DNA from: Candidatus Obscuribacterales bacterium
GTDB lineage: Bacteria; Cyanobacteriota; Vampirovibrionia; Obscuribacterales; Obscuribacteraceae
NCBI GenBank assembly: GCA_965228855.1
Contig: CBDDIJ010000002.1
Location: 32,001 to 96,000 of the forward strand
Length of the DNA: 64,000 bases
Direction of reading: 5' to 3'
Shown here: one piece after another, positions 48,381 to 58,447 of the stretch
Numbering within the stretch: position 1 is the first letter of the stretch
Layout: each line of letters begins with the position of its first letter
The notes under the pieces: model-generated
What the model saw: only the letters and a program-made list of their open reading frames with translations
Told to the model about the DNA's origin: nothing
The model's database searches: none
Position numbers and translations under genes: made by a program

Positions 48381-49014
48381 TACTATAAAGCTCCGCACCC
48401 GACACGCTTCGAAACCCGGCATATGCCAACACTCCATCCCTACTATAAAGCTCCGCACTAGACATGCCCCGAAAACAGGCATACGCCTGCACTTACGCTC
48501 AACGAACGCTCTCGCTCACCGCGTTTGTCTATGACAGAATGCCGGAATTCGCGAAATCCGTCGCTCTCTCGTAGCCACGGCATCTCTACTATAAAGCTCC
48601 GCACTAGACAGGCCCTGGAAACAGGCATACGCCCGCACTTACGCTCAACGAACGCTCTCGCTCACCGCGTTTGTCTATGACAGAATGCCGGATTTCCCAA
48701 AATCCGTCGCGCTCTCGTAGCCACGGCATCCCTACTATAAAGCTCCGCACCCGACACGCTTCGAAAACAGGCATACACCTGCACTTACGCTTCACGAAGG
48801 CTCTCGCTCACCGCGTTTGGCTACGACAGAATGCCGGATTTCCCAAAATCCGTCGCTCTCTCGTAGCCACGGCATCCCTACTATAAAGCTCCGCACCCGA
48901 CACGCTTCGAAAACAGGCATACACCTGCACTTACGCTTCACGAACGCTCTCGCTCACCGCGTTTGTCTATGACAGAATGCCGGAATTCGCGAAATCCGTC
49001 GCTCTCTCGTAGCC
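48381..49014. repeat. Tandem array of 146-bp units (four copies, the last slightly truncated, plus a 60-bp partial copy)
   Basis: tactataaagctccgcac starts at 48381, 48441, 48587, 48733 and 48879; the period is exactly 146 after the first. Confidence 0.93.
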
Positions 49015-49269
49015 AAAACGCCCACGAGAATCTGCCTCAATAGATGCACATACTCAAGAAGCTCAGAGGCAAAGGCTTTCAAGGTTTCGTCCCCAAGAAC
49101 TCTTATTGCGCTCTATAGTACTAAGAGGTGTAGCACGCAAAGACAAAAGTGACAGCAAAGAAAAAACGGGCTCGTTAGCCGACCATGCCCAAGGGTTTCC
49201 CCTTGAGACATGGCCGGCTTCGAAACCGCTGATTCTTTAGCCGTCTTTTTCATACTGCTCCTTGCAGAA

Positions 49270-50145
49270 TCAGTCGAGGTTGCGGTGGACCGCGATGGTC
49301 TCGGTGGGAACCCAGGCGCCCTTGCCGTTCTTGGCGTTCTTGTCCCACTTGTGGCGAACGCTGTTGAATTCGAGGCGGAAGTAGTACCCGAAGAACCGCG
49401 CACCCTTGCCGCATGCGAAGAACGAATCCGCGAACCAGTCGAGGGTCACGATCTCTTCGATGTTGGCGATGCGCTCGTCGACTTCCAGCTTCAGGACGAT
49501 GTCGCCCGTGCGGCTGGTGGTGTCGTCGGGCAGGTCCAGAACCAGGTTCGCCTTCTTGATGGAGAAGTTCACCCGGTCGTGAGCAGCATTGCCCCACCAG
49601 TTGTACCTGGCGAGACTCCACTTGCTTCCCCAACCGAAGAACCGCGCCAGCCGAAGGGCAAACGCCTTGTCCGGGCGAACCCGTCCTTCGTCACCGATGC
49701 ACTTGTCGGCGATTACCACAATCGCGTGTTCCGGGGATTGAATCCCGCGCTTGATCACCTTGCCGGCGCGATGCAGGCCGATGATTTCGCAAACACGCGC
49801 GCGCAGGTCGTTCGGAACGCCCTTCCGGTCCAGGTATCCCTTGGCCAGAATTGCGCCTTCGACGTCGTGACGGTCCAGGTCAATGGAACGCCCGATGTCG
49901 TGAAGCCACGCGGCAACCGGAATGACGAACTCCTTCGTGACCTCGTCCATCATGCCCGGAAAAGCCCGGTCAAGCTGAGCGGTCAGACTGAGAGCAAGGT
50001 CGCGCACTTCGTCACCGTGGACGTAGTCGTGGCGCGTCTGCCCCTTCGAGTTCTTGTCACCCTTCTCGTAAACTGCGAGGAGCTCGGGGTCGCGATACAT
50101 CGCGTCCCGAATCTTGATGAGCTCCTGAATGGTCATAGTCGTCAT
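49270..50145 (-). CDS. HD-domain phosphohydrolase
   Basis: VHG...AAWLHDIG...RHDVEGA...GLH...IADK; RBS agggag. Confidence 0.82.
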   Translation of the reverse strand: MTTMTIQELIKIRDAMYRDPELLAVYEKGDKNSKGQTRHDYVHGDEVRDLALSLTAQLDRAFPGMMDEVTKEFVIPVAAWLHDIGRSIDLDRHDVEGAILAKGYLDRKGVPNDLRARVCEIIGLHRAGKVIKRGIQSPEHAIVVIADKCIGDEGRVRPDKAFALRLARFFGWGSKWSLARYNWWGNAAHDRVNFSIKKANLVLDLPDDTTSRTGDIVLKLEVDERIANIEEIVTLDWFADSFFACGKGARFFGYYFRLEFNSVRHKWDKNAKNGKGAWVPTETIAVHRNLD

Positions 50146-50810
50146 AATCTCCCTTGGTTTAGAGACGAACACCACCGTGGTGTCCGCCTGTGTTTGTTGA
50201 AAACGAAAACGATGTTCTCGGCGCAGTTTCGGTTTGGACGAACGAACGAGACCCGATCAGCGAAATGCTTAACTACATCTGGCTATTCGGCTTGTCTGTT
50301 TTTCTTTGTCTCTAGTTGTCCTGGTTTTCTTATGCGCTTAAATGAACAACTCAACCTATCAAGCGCCTTTGCGAGATCTCAAGAGGAGCAACATAAACTC
50401 CTACTCATATCCGTCCTTCTACTAAATCCCAAAGTATCAACAATCTCCCAAAGCATCCGCAAAACGGGCCTTTCAGGACGGTCAACTCTCCCGACGCTCT
50501 TCGTTGTCTATGAGCGATAGATGCGATGACGATTTTCCAAAAATTCGTCTCGTAAATAGGGTTAAGGACGTTACCGCCCGGCACCCGCCTTCCAAAAGTC
50601 AGTCAAAAAAAAGAGTGATACCTCAATCGGTACCACTCTTTCAAATTGCTCGCAGGACCGGTGCTGCCCTCGGTAGAAACCATCCCTGGTTACTCTCTTC
50701 TGGAGTACCTGCGTCACGTCAGTCAAACTCTAATTCGGATGATACCGAACTAGAATCTAACATCTCTTTTATGCCCAGTCTGTAGGGTTTTTACGAGAAA
50801 TTGCAGATAA

Positions 50811-52028
50811 TTACGCGGGCGGACCATAAGGTGGTGATGGTGGCGGAGGCGGCGCGCCGCCCTCTCCATGCGAAGAATCGCCAGCTGAGCCAGGTTGAGA
50901 GGCACTACCCGTACCACCAGGAGTGGTATCGAAGTCATCCTCGTCGTAAAACTCATCGCCCTCACCATCAGCGTTATCAGCAACGTCGGCGTTCATCTCT
51001 TCTTCATTTGTGGCATGAAAGGACATCTCAGCTGCAGGCTCTGATGGAGGCATGGGAGCTGGTGTAACCGCAGCTGGTTGGCGTTCTGAGTTTATGAGTG
51101 TCACCAGATGCGCCACCAGACGTTCCGCCTGACTGCGCCCTAATTCGTCCCAGTGAGGGATTCCAAATGTTTTTTCCGAGTATTCATCGGCTTCTTCGTC
51201 AGTCCATCCTATTAAATCGAGGGCGCGACCAAGAACAGTCAAATAGTTTTGGTCAGTGACTTCTCCGAGAGTTACGGCTTCCGAAACGGGCGCCGGAGCA
51301 AATGCCGGCGGCGGCGGTGCCGATGCCCCAGGTGTCGCAGGTGCGCCAGGTGTTGCTGAGGTGCCTGGAGCGCTCGGTGAACTGGAACTCGGAACGCCAA
51401 TCATTGTAGGTGGCGTTGCAGATGTTGATGGACTCTGCTGTTGCGCTGCTGCAGCGGCGGTAGCAGCAGCGGCTGCGGCGGCCGCTGCCTGTATGTGCGG
51501 CGGCGGAGCAGAGGTTCTGATCTCGGGTCCAAGAGTAATTTCTTGAGGAGGCAGGACCGGTCTCGGTTCCTCGCGAACCGGCTCGGCGGGCTCCATTGGC
51601 TGCCAGGGCGAGTCTGTTTCACCCGAAAGTTCTTGCTTCAAAGATAGCGAGATGACGAGCTGTCTGAGTTCATCGATCTGCCTGGAGATCTCGATGAACC
51701 GCCGCTCGCAAAATGTTCGCATTCCGATTAGCGATTCGAGGACGACTTCCGGATTTCCGGGCGGCGTAGGCATGCCGATTAGCTTCGGCGTAATCAAACC
51801 TTCCGCTTCAATCTGCGGGCGAATCTGAGATGTCGGCCACCCCTGCTCGACGAGTTCCTTGATTCGCTCAAGTATGGTCAAATCTTCGGGGCGATACTGA
51901 CGCTGCTGCCCGCGCCCCCGTTTGATTTCCAAGCCGAACATCAGTTCCCAGCGCCGAAGCTGGTGAACCGAGAGCCCCAACCTGGCGGCTACTGTGTTGA
52001 TAGACATCATATGGTCTTGAGACACCAT
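50811..52028 (-). CDS. MerR-type HTH protein with coiled coil, Pro/Ala-rich linker, small helical domain and acidic tail
   Basis: SINTVAARLGLSVHQLRRWE...RGRGQQRQY; RBS aggag. Confidence 0.78.
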   Translation of the reverse strand: MVSQDHMMSINTVAARLGLSVHQLRRWELMFGLEIKRGRGQQRQYRPEDLTILERIKELVEQGWPTSQIRPQIEAEGLITPKLIGMPTPPGNPEVVLESLIGMRTFCERRFIEISRQIDELRQLVISLSLKQELSGETDSPWQPMEPAEPVREEPRPVLPPQEITLGPEIRTSAPPPHIQAAAAAAAAATAAAAAQQQSPSTSATPPTMIGVPSSSSPSAPGTSATPGAPATPGASAPPPPAFAPAPVSEAVTLGEVTDQNYLTVLGRALDLIGWTDEEADEYSEKTFGIPHWDELGRSQAERLVAHLVTLINSERQPAAVTPAPMPPSEPAAEMSFHATNEEEMNADVADNADGEGDEFYDEDDFDTTPGGTGSASQPGSAGDSSHGEGGAPPPPPSPPYGPPA

Positions 52029-52540
52029 ACACTCTCCTGTCGTCTGGACCGAAAACGTCAACCTCTACTAGGTTACACGAACTAGCGAAGCTAAGCTAGC
52101 TATGCATTTCGTACCCGCTATTCACGGTTCTAACCGTCCCTTTTTTATCGGAAACCGAAAACTGCCTACTAGATCCATCAGTATCTAGTTTCTCCCGGCA
52201 AGCCCATACTCGGCACCGCTTCGGTTTCGCATCAAATTTCCCGGTCGCCTTTGGCTACGCCACAATGACAGATTTCGCCAAAAGCGGCATTCTGTCATAG
52301 ACAAACGCATCGAAGGCGGATCCATCTATCTCCCGAAAGCTAGACCAGAACAGCGACTTGCGATTTAAATTTATACTTCTGCATATAGTAGCGAGATTCC
52401 TAATTCCCGAAAGCCAGCCCAGAACGTCCGCTCCAGCTGTAACGGATACCAACGCATATAGTAGCACAACTTCAAAAGCGAAGAGGCAGAGACCTGATGG
52501 TCTCTACCTCCCGCCCGCCGTCAGGGCTTAATCTGACGAC

Positions 52541-52984
52541 TTAGCGAACGACGCGCAGCTGACCCATCTGGTCCGTGTACACGTAGCCGCCGTAGCGGTA
52601 GTCGTAGTAGGCGGTCACCAGGCGGTAGCGGCCGGTTTCGCAGGGGCGACCCCAGCGATCGAAGACGACTTCGGGCACGCGCACGGTGATGGCTTCCGAA
52701 CCACCGCAGCCGGTGTTGCAGCGGTCACGGTAGACGGGCGCCGGCGTGTAAACGCGCGGGTAGTCGTAGCGACGGTTGTCGTAGCCGCGGCGATCCCAGC
52801 CACGATTGTCCCAGCGACGGTTGTCCCAGCCGCGGTTGTTCCAGCCGCCGTGATGGTGACCGGAGTAGATCGACAGCCCGCTGCGGCCATCGCCGATGCG
52901 GATGGAGAGACTCTGTGCCTGAGCCGTGCCGCCGACGAAAAGAGCCGCCGCGAGGACGGACAGAACGATTGCGAACTTTCTCAT
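52541..52984 (-). CDS. Small secreted protein with Trp/Tyr-Asp-Arg repeats
   Basis: MRKFAIVLSVLAAALFVGGTAQA signal; GWNNRGWDNRRWDNRGWDRRGYDNRRYD; RBS aagga. Confidence 0.72.
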   Translation of the reverse strand: MRKFAIVLSVLAAALFVGGTAQAQSLSIRIGDGRSGLSIYSGHHHGGWNNRGWDNRRWDNRGWDRRGYDNRRYDYPRVYTPAPVYRDRCNTGCGGSEAITVRVPEVVFDRWGRPCETGRYRLVTAYYDYRYGGYVYTDQMGQLRVVR

Positions 52985-53502
52985 GGTATTTGTCCTTTGT
53001 GAGGCGTCCGCCTGAGAGGTTGTCACCGAACACACGTTCAGTTTCCGAACCAAACAAGGAGACGCCTGTGGTGATACAGGCTGTTTGTGCCAGACAGCGC
53101 CAGTGCCTGTGATGACTGGTGCTGTTTCCAAAACAGAAAGCCTGCCTCTCTAGAACCCGGTCTCGACCCGCTGCTCAAAATTCAGTGTAGAAGTCCTGAA
53201 AAAGCACAACGGATATGGGTTTTTGAAAAGCCTACTTACAGTGGAGCGCGAGAAAAAATAGTGATATGACGGTAGCAAAGGCGAAACCTGGTAAGCAATC
53301 AGGAATAAGCAATATTGAGCGGTTTCATGTGCAAACTACGAAGAAAAACCTTTGAGATATCACCTCTTTACAATTAGCAGACAGAAAAACATATCTAGTA
53401 ATTTCATGACGTATAGACAGGAGAATAGTAAACTCCAGAGGTCGCATTCGGCAGGCGTCTGCGCAGCCGACGAGGCGGCGTGCTCGTGTTGGGAGGTTCA
53501 CC

Positions 53503-54750
53503 GTGTCAGAAAACAAGGCAAACAGAAGAGCCATCGTTATGGTTATCGACGGCTGCGGTATAGGCGCTGCGCCGGACCATGAGGCGTTTGGCGACCTGTC
53601 GAACTGCCATACGCTAGCTAACGTAGCTCGCGAAACTGGCGGTCTCACCCTGCCAAACCTTGCGCGACTGGGTCTCGGACAAATTTCCCCCATAGAAGGC
53701 GTCGACAAGTCGGCGACGAAGCTCGGGCTCTTCGGCAAGCTTGAAGAGGTTTCCAACGGAAAGGACACTCAGACCGGACACTGGGAGATGATGGGAGTCG
53801 TCAGCGAGACCGCGTTTCCGATGTACCCGAACGGTTTCCCAAAAGAAGTTATCGATGAATATTGCGAGTTGACCGGAGTTTCCGGCGTACTCTGCAACAA
53901 GCCGGCGTCCGGCACCACCGTTCTGGAAGAACTCGGCGAAGAACACCAGCGCACTGGACTGCCGATCGTCTACACATCAGGCGACAGCGTTTTCCAAATC
54001 GCGACCCACGTCGACACCGTGCCGCTACCTAAACTGTACGAATGGTGCGAAACCGCTCGCAAACTCCTCGACGGTCCTCACCGCGTCGGTCGGGTGATCG
54101 CCAGACCGTTCACCGGCACTCCCGGCGCCTACAAACGACTGTCGGGCGACCGCCGCGACTACGCTGTTCCACCACCGCGCAAAACCTTCCTGGACGTTCT
54201 CAAAGACGAAAAGCGCGGCGTGTTCGGCGTCGGCAAAATCGAGGACATCTTTGTCGGTCACGGTCTCAGCCACGCCAAACACACCGGCAGCAACAAAGAA
54301 GGTCTGCAAATCACGCTCGACACGATAGCGAATCAATACGCCCTCAAAGACTGCCGCATCGGCGGAGCTCAGGACGACAAACTCTCGATGATCTTCACGA
54401 ACCTCGTCGATACCGACTCGCTTTACGGTCACAGGCGCGACCCCAAAGGTTATGCCAAGGCACTCGTCGAGATAGACGAATGGCTCGGCAAAATCCTTGC
54501 GGCGATGCAGCCCGAAGATTTGCTGCTCATCTCGAGCGACCACGGCAACGATCCGACCGCCAGAGGCACGGACCACACTCGCGAGTTCGTTCCGATCCTG
54601 GCTTACAGCCCGAGTTTCGAGAAGCAAGCGGTTGACGTCGGCATCAGAAACGGTTTCGCGGATGTCGCAGCAAGTCTTGGAGACTGGCTGGGCGCGGACT
54701 GGAAGGGACCAGGCGTCTCATTTGTTTCCAAACAGCAAGTCGCATCTTAG
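53503..54750 (+). CDS. deoB: Phosphopentomutase
   Basis: VIDGCGIG, GKDTQTGHWE, YTSGDSVFQ, RVIARPF, NLVDTDSLYGHRRD, SDHGNDP, DHTRE. Confidence 0.95.
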   Translation: MSENKANRRAIVMVIDGCGIGAAPDHEAFGDLSNCHTLANVARETGGLTLPNLARLGLGQISPIEGVDKSATKLGLFGKLEEVSNGKDTQTGHWEMMGVVSETAFPMYPNGFPKEVIDEYCELTGVSGVLCNKPASGTTVLEELGEEHQRTGLPIVYTSGDSVFQIATHVDTVPLPKLYEWCETARKLLDGPHRVGRVIARPFTGTPGAYKRLSGDRRDYAVPPPRKTFLDVLKDEKRGVFGVGKIEDIFVGHGLSHAKHTGSNKEGLQITLDTIANQYALKDCRIGGAQDDKLSMIFTNLVDTDSLYGHRRDPKGYAKALVEIDEWLGKILAAMQPEDLLLISSDHGNDPTARGTDHTREFVPILAYSPSFEKQAVDVGIRNGFADVAASLGDWLGADWKGPGVSFVSKQQVAS

Positions 54751-54832
54751 AATCGAAACCGTTTCGAGTTAACGCCTGAAAGCGTCGCCGCATTGCCACT
54801 CATAGATCACAATTTTAGAAAAGGAAGTACTC

Positions 54833-55378
54833 ATGCCCTCTCTGAAAAATGCCACCAAGATCGACTTCACATCAAGCCTTGACGGTTTCAATCATGCCAA
54901 ACAGTTTGACCAGAGCGTTATCGATTTGATTCGCGCAAACAAGGACAAGAAAATGGTTGTGATTGTCGATAGCGGGCATGAGCTCCCCTCTGATACACCA
55001 CATGTGGTATCGGATCATTTAAACCTGACCGGTACGAATCCGCTAATAGGACCTACTTACGAGGGCGGTCCGCGCTTTCCCGTGATCAACGACGTTTACG
55101 TCAAAGTGATCGATACACTCGACCCGAAGAAAACAATGCCACTCAACAATCCTTTGGGCAGCCTGCCTTCGGGAATCGTGGCCGGTTTGAAAGAGGGAGT
55201 GGTTCCGACCGCGGAGGACATCGAAGCGATGCGCGAGATGGGCGCAGAGTTCTACTGTTACAACCTCGTACCGGCGATGCTGGTGGCTGGTCAAATCGGT
55301 TTAAAAGTTCTGGGTATCGTCGTTCCGGCAGGTCAGAAGCTGGATAAAGACACGGCCAAATCGCTCAAAGGAGAGTAG
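54833..55378 (+). CDS. Truncated, probably non-catalytic PNP-family paralogue
   Basis: Retains DHLNLTGTNPLIGP...GPRFP..NDVY; lacks GSG, GRxH, GPSxE, GMS and the catalytic TN. Confidence 0.7.
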   Translation: MPSLKNATKIDFTSSLDGFNHAKQFDQSVIDLIRANKDKKMVVIVDSGHELPSDTPHVVSDHLNLTGTNPLIGPTYEGGPRFPVINDVYVKVIDTLDPKKTMPLNNPLGSLPSGIVAGLKEGVVPTAEDIEAMREMGAEFYCYNLVPAMLVAGQIGLKVLGIVVPAGQKLDKDTAKSLKGE

Positions 55379-55383
55379 TTGAG

Positions 55384-56211
55384 ATGCACGACACTTTGGT
55401 TAAACCAGTCGATTCAATCGTGGAATTTCTGTCGAAAGCCGGTCCAAAACCGGACTTCGCGGTCGTGCTCGGCTCGGGCGTTCAGGTCCTCGATCAGTTG
55501 CACAATTCGCGGTCGTACATGTACAAGGAGGTCTTCGGCATCGGACCGAGCGTTGAGGGTCACACCGGCTCGCTTACCATCGGTCAGTTGAGTGCCGAGC
55601 CATCGCCTGTGGTGGCAATCTTTCGCGGACGGTTTCACCTCTATGAGGGTCACGATTGGTCCGTAGTCACACTCCCCACACAGGTTGTTACCACGTGGGG
55701 GATTCCGAAGTTGCTTTTGACGAATGCGGCAGGGGGGCTGAACAAAAGCTTCTCGGTGGGCGACTTGATGGTAGTGACTCACTACCGCGACCATCTCAAT
55801 CCTAAGCTCAAAGCCGAGCGCGGTCTTCTGGACCAGCTCAGGATGCAACCGGAATCGTGCGAAAACGGTTTTTCAAAACAGATACAGCAAGTGGGCAAAC
55901 GTCTGGAAAGCGACGGGCTTCGACCGTTGCAAGCCGGAACTTATGCGGCTTTACTCGGTCCAAGCTACGAAACACTGGCTGAGATTGAGATGCTCAGACG
56001 CATGAAAGCCGATGCCGTGGGGATGTCGACGGTTCCCGAGCTGCTCACAGCCAGAGGCACCGGCACCGAGGCGGCGGCGATTTCCGTCATAACGAACGTT
56101 TGGAACGACCAGCCCATGGGTGGTCACGAAGAGGTTCTCGAAGCTTCGCGCGAGGCATCGCAGCGCCTGAATACGCTGCTGAAGCATTTGGTCAACGAAA
56201 CTTCATCGTGA
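55384..56211 (+). CDS. punA: Purine-nucleoside phosphorylase, trimeric (PunA/XapA) type
   Basis: VLGSG, GRFHLYEG, TNAAGG, GPSYET, DAVGMST, ITN, HEEVL. Confidence 0.88.
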   Translation: MHDTLVKPVDSIVEFLSKAGPKPDFAVVLGSGVQVLDQLHNSRSYMYKEVFGIGPSVEGHTGSLTIGQLSAEPSPVVAIFRGRFHLYEGHDWSVVTLPTQVVTTWGIPKLLLTNAAGGLNKSFSVGDLMVVTHYRDHLNPKLKAERGLLDQLRMQPESCENGFSKQIQQVGKRLESDGLRPLQAGTYAALLGPSYETLAEIEMLRRMKADAVGMSTVPELLTARGTGTEAAAISVITNVWNDQPMGGHEEVLEASREASQRLNTLLKHLVNETSS

Positions 56212-56595
56212 CAACATATTGCTTTTGCTTTACGGTGATCGACTCTTAATCACCAGCGATCGAAGCGTAAAAGTCAGCTCTAGCGTGCGTTTCCAGAAAG
56301 AAATGCAAACCCTCGCGCAAGCACGCTAGCGGACTTGCTCGCATAAGAAGAAATATTCGTATTAAAAGCTCGCACGCGCTGCTTATTTTTAGGGCGCTTA
56401 CTGCCGCCCTTCACTGCGAAAACTTTCACTGCCGAAACTCCTCTCAACGACCAACCAACAAATAAGAAACTTCGGTTCTGCATGCGTGTTTGTGCAGTTC
56501 TCGGAGAGCGGAATTCGAACAACTGTCGCTGAAGGGCATCGCCAACAGGGGTCGCGCATCAGTGCGAGCCTTAACCAAATTTACGAGGAGTACCA

Positions 56596-57180
56596 ATGAT
56601 CCACGCCACAATTCTGACCGGCAAAGACCGTCAAAAAGCGGAAACTTTCATTCGGGGCACCAAGCACGTCGTGTGCCTGTCCGACATCGTCGGGTCAGTG
56701 CTCACCGTCTCTGTTTCCCGGTCTGCGTACATGCAGGTCAAGATTGACGAGGAAGACATTCTGGGCGTCGAGGTGAAACCCGACACCCGCGATTTCGACC
56801 TCGCCCAGCTTCTGACTCGTCCGAAGAAGCCGGCGCCTCGCCGCTCGCTCTTCCAGTCGCTGCGCCGTGCCGAACCGGAGGAGAACGAGGGTCCCGCCCG
56901 TCAGTTCACTCTGATGTTCCGCGACGGCAGCCCGACTGCCCGCATCGTTGCGACTTACGAGTTCCAGCTGCTCGAAGCGCATACGTTCACCTCCCAGTAC
57001 AGCTCCCACTTCGACCTGGTCGAAGGCACCACCAAGCCGGCCCGCTTCACCACCGACGCTCGCAACGTCGCGACGGCGCGGGACTGCTGGCATTGCGGTG
57101 CAGCTGTGAAACCGGGCACCACCTGCCGCAACTGCGGCAACTACCAGCCCGCCGTGGAAGAGCACGCCGAAGACGAGTAA
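56596..57180 (+). CDS. Hypothetical protein with C-terminal zinc ribbon
   Basis: RBS gaggag; CWHC...CRNC. Confidence 0.68.
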   Translation: MIHATILTGKDRQKAETFIRGTKHVVCLSDIVGSVLTVSVSRSAYMQVKIDEEDILGVEVKPDTRDFDLAQLLTRPKKPAPRRSLFQSLRRAEPEENEGPARQFTLMFRDGSPTARIVATYEFQLLEAHTFTSQYSSHFDLVEGTTKPARFTTDARNVATARDCWHCGAAVKPGTTCRNCGNYQPAVEEHAEDE

Positions 57181-57310
57181 CGCAGTTTCTTTCGGGTGGA
57201 TGCGGCTCCGACACTCACTCTAGAGTCCTGCTCACGAGGTGGTTCTCTCGAGGGTGAGTTGCTGTCCGCATCCACCGATAAATCTAATAACCGAAAGGTA
57301 ACAGCCAAGT

Positions 57311-58237
57311 ATGAACGTGCTCCTGATAGCACCTCGTCGCGAACGTTTCCTGCCCGTCTTCCGCACCATCAAAGCGAAGCTGGGACGCGACAAGCTCACG
57401 TGGTTTTCCGGCGCCGCATCCGACCTGAAGAAGAGCCTCGCCGACGGCAAGGTCTTTCTCAATCGCGTCAACGTGCGCGCCGGGACCGACAGTGATGCCG
57501 AACAGGTCTCGTTCGCCGACTACGACTTAGCCTTTGTCGACCAATCGCTCGACCCGGAAGCCCCGACCATGCTCGACTTCGCAGGCACCGCCCGCGGAAC
57601 CGAACTGGTCGAGGCGTTGACCCGGGCAGGTGTGGTCGTCATCGGCATCAGCCGCGATGGCGCATGCAATGACGTGCTGGCTGACGCCGGCGCAGTCATG
57701 ACGCTCGCTCACGAGGACGCCGAAAAGCGCCTCACATCGATGCTCTACGAAGCTCGCCGCATGGTGCGGGACAACACCGCGAACCCGGGCGAACTTCTCG
57801 CGCTCACGCTTCGACAGCCGTGGGCCGCATCGGTGTTCATCGGCGGAAAGGACGTGGAAAACCGCGTCTGGCCCGCTCGCGTGCGTGGCACCATCGCCAT
57901 CCATGTGGCAAAAGATCAACCCCGCGGGTCCTTCGACAACGGCGCACGGCTCGTGCGTCAGGTGTTGAAGAAGACCGGTTACGACCGCGTCGTCATCCCC
58001 GCACAGGACAAGCTGCCGAAGGGCGCGATCATCGGTCTGGTCGACATCGTCGACTGCGTCGATTCGTCGTCGTCCGCCTGGTTCGAGGGCCCCCTCGGGT
58101 TCAAGCTCGCCAACCCGCGCGTTCTGCCGACACCCATCCCGGTGTCCGGCAAACGCCGCTTCTGGCGCGTGCCCAAGACCATCGTCACCAAGATCCGCAG
58201 GCAGCTCATGGAGGCCGGTCAACCCGTTAGCTTCTAG
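57311..58237 (+). CDS. Receiver-like domain fused to an ASCH domain
   Basis: C-terminal half: ALTLRQPWA...GGKDVENRVW...GAIIGLVDIVD...PIPVSGKRRFW (ASCH). N-terminal half: MNVLLI...YDLAFVD...GTELVEAL...VIGIS (receiver-like). Confidence 0.72.
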   Translation: MNVLLIAPRRERFLPVFRTIKAKLGRDKLTWFSGAASDLKKSLADGKVFLNRVNVRAGTDSDAEQVSFADYDLAFVDQSLDPEAPTMLDFAGTARGTELVEALTRAGVVVIGISRDGACNDVLADAGAVMTLAHEDAEKRLTSMLYEARRMVRDNTANPGELLALTLRQPWAASVFIGGKDVENRVWPARVRGTIAIHVAKDQPRGSFDNGARLVRQVLKKTGYDRVVIPAQDKLPKGAIIGLVDIVDCVDSSSSAWFEGPLGFKLANPRVLPTPIPVSGKRRFWRVPKTIVTKIRRQLMEAGQPVSF

Positions 58238-58330
58238 TCAGTGGTAGTAGGCACGCTGACGACGAAGTAGACTGACCTCCGGCGAGAGACGAGACCCCAC
58301 AAGGGTTTCGCCTCTCGCATTGTCTGATTT

Positions 58331-58447
58331 TACTACTATAGAATCTAGGATTCACCATTCCTCGAAAGCCTCTCGCATCGAGCTTCTCAGCGATCTACTA
58401 CTATATAATTTAGGAGTTATCATCCCTCAAAAGCCTCTCGCATCGAC
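58331..58447. repeat. Two-copy imperfect 65-bp tandem repeat
   Basis: tactactata...agga...aaagcctctcgcatcga starting at 58331 and 58396. Confidence 0.7.

Noticed and set aside
48381..49014. CRISPR array or coding repeat (ORFs 48307-48534, 48604-48795, 48671-48886)
   Set aside because: Whole 146-bp units repeat with no unique spacers, and the period is not divisible by 3, so the ORFs are by-products.
58078..58112. tRNA-like ggttcga/ggttcaa motifs
   Set aside because: They lie inside the ASCH coding region (WFEGPLGFK) and no cloverleaf can be formed.
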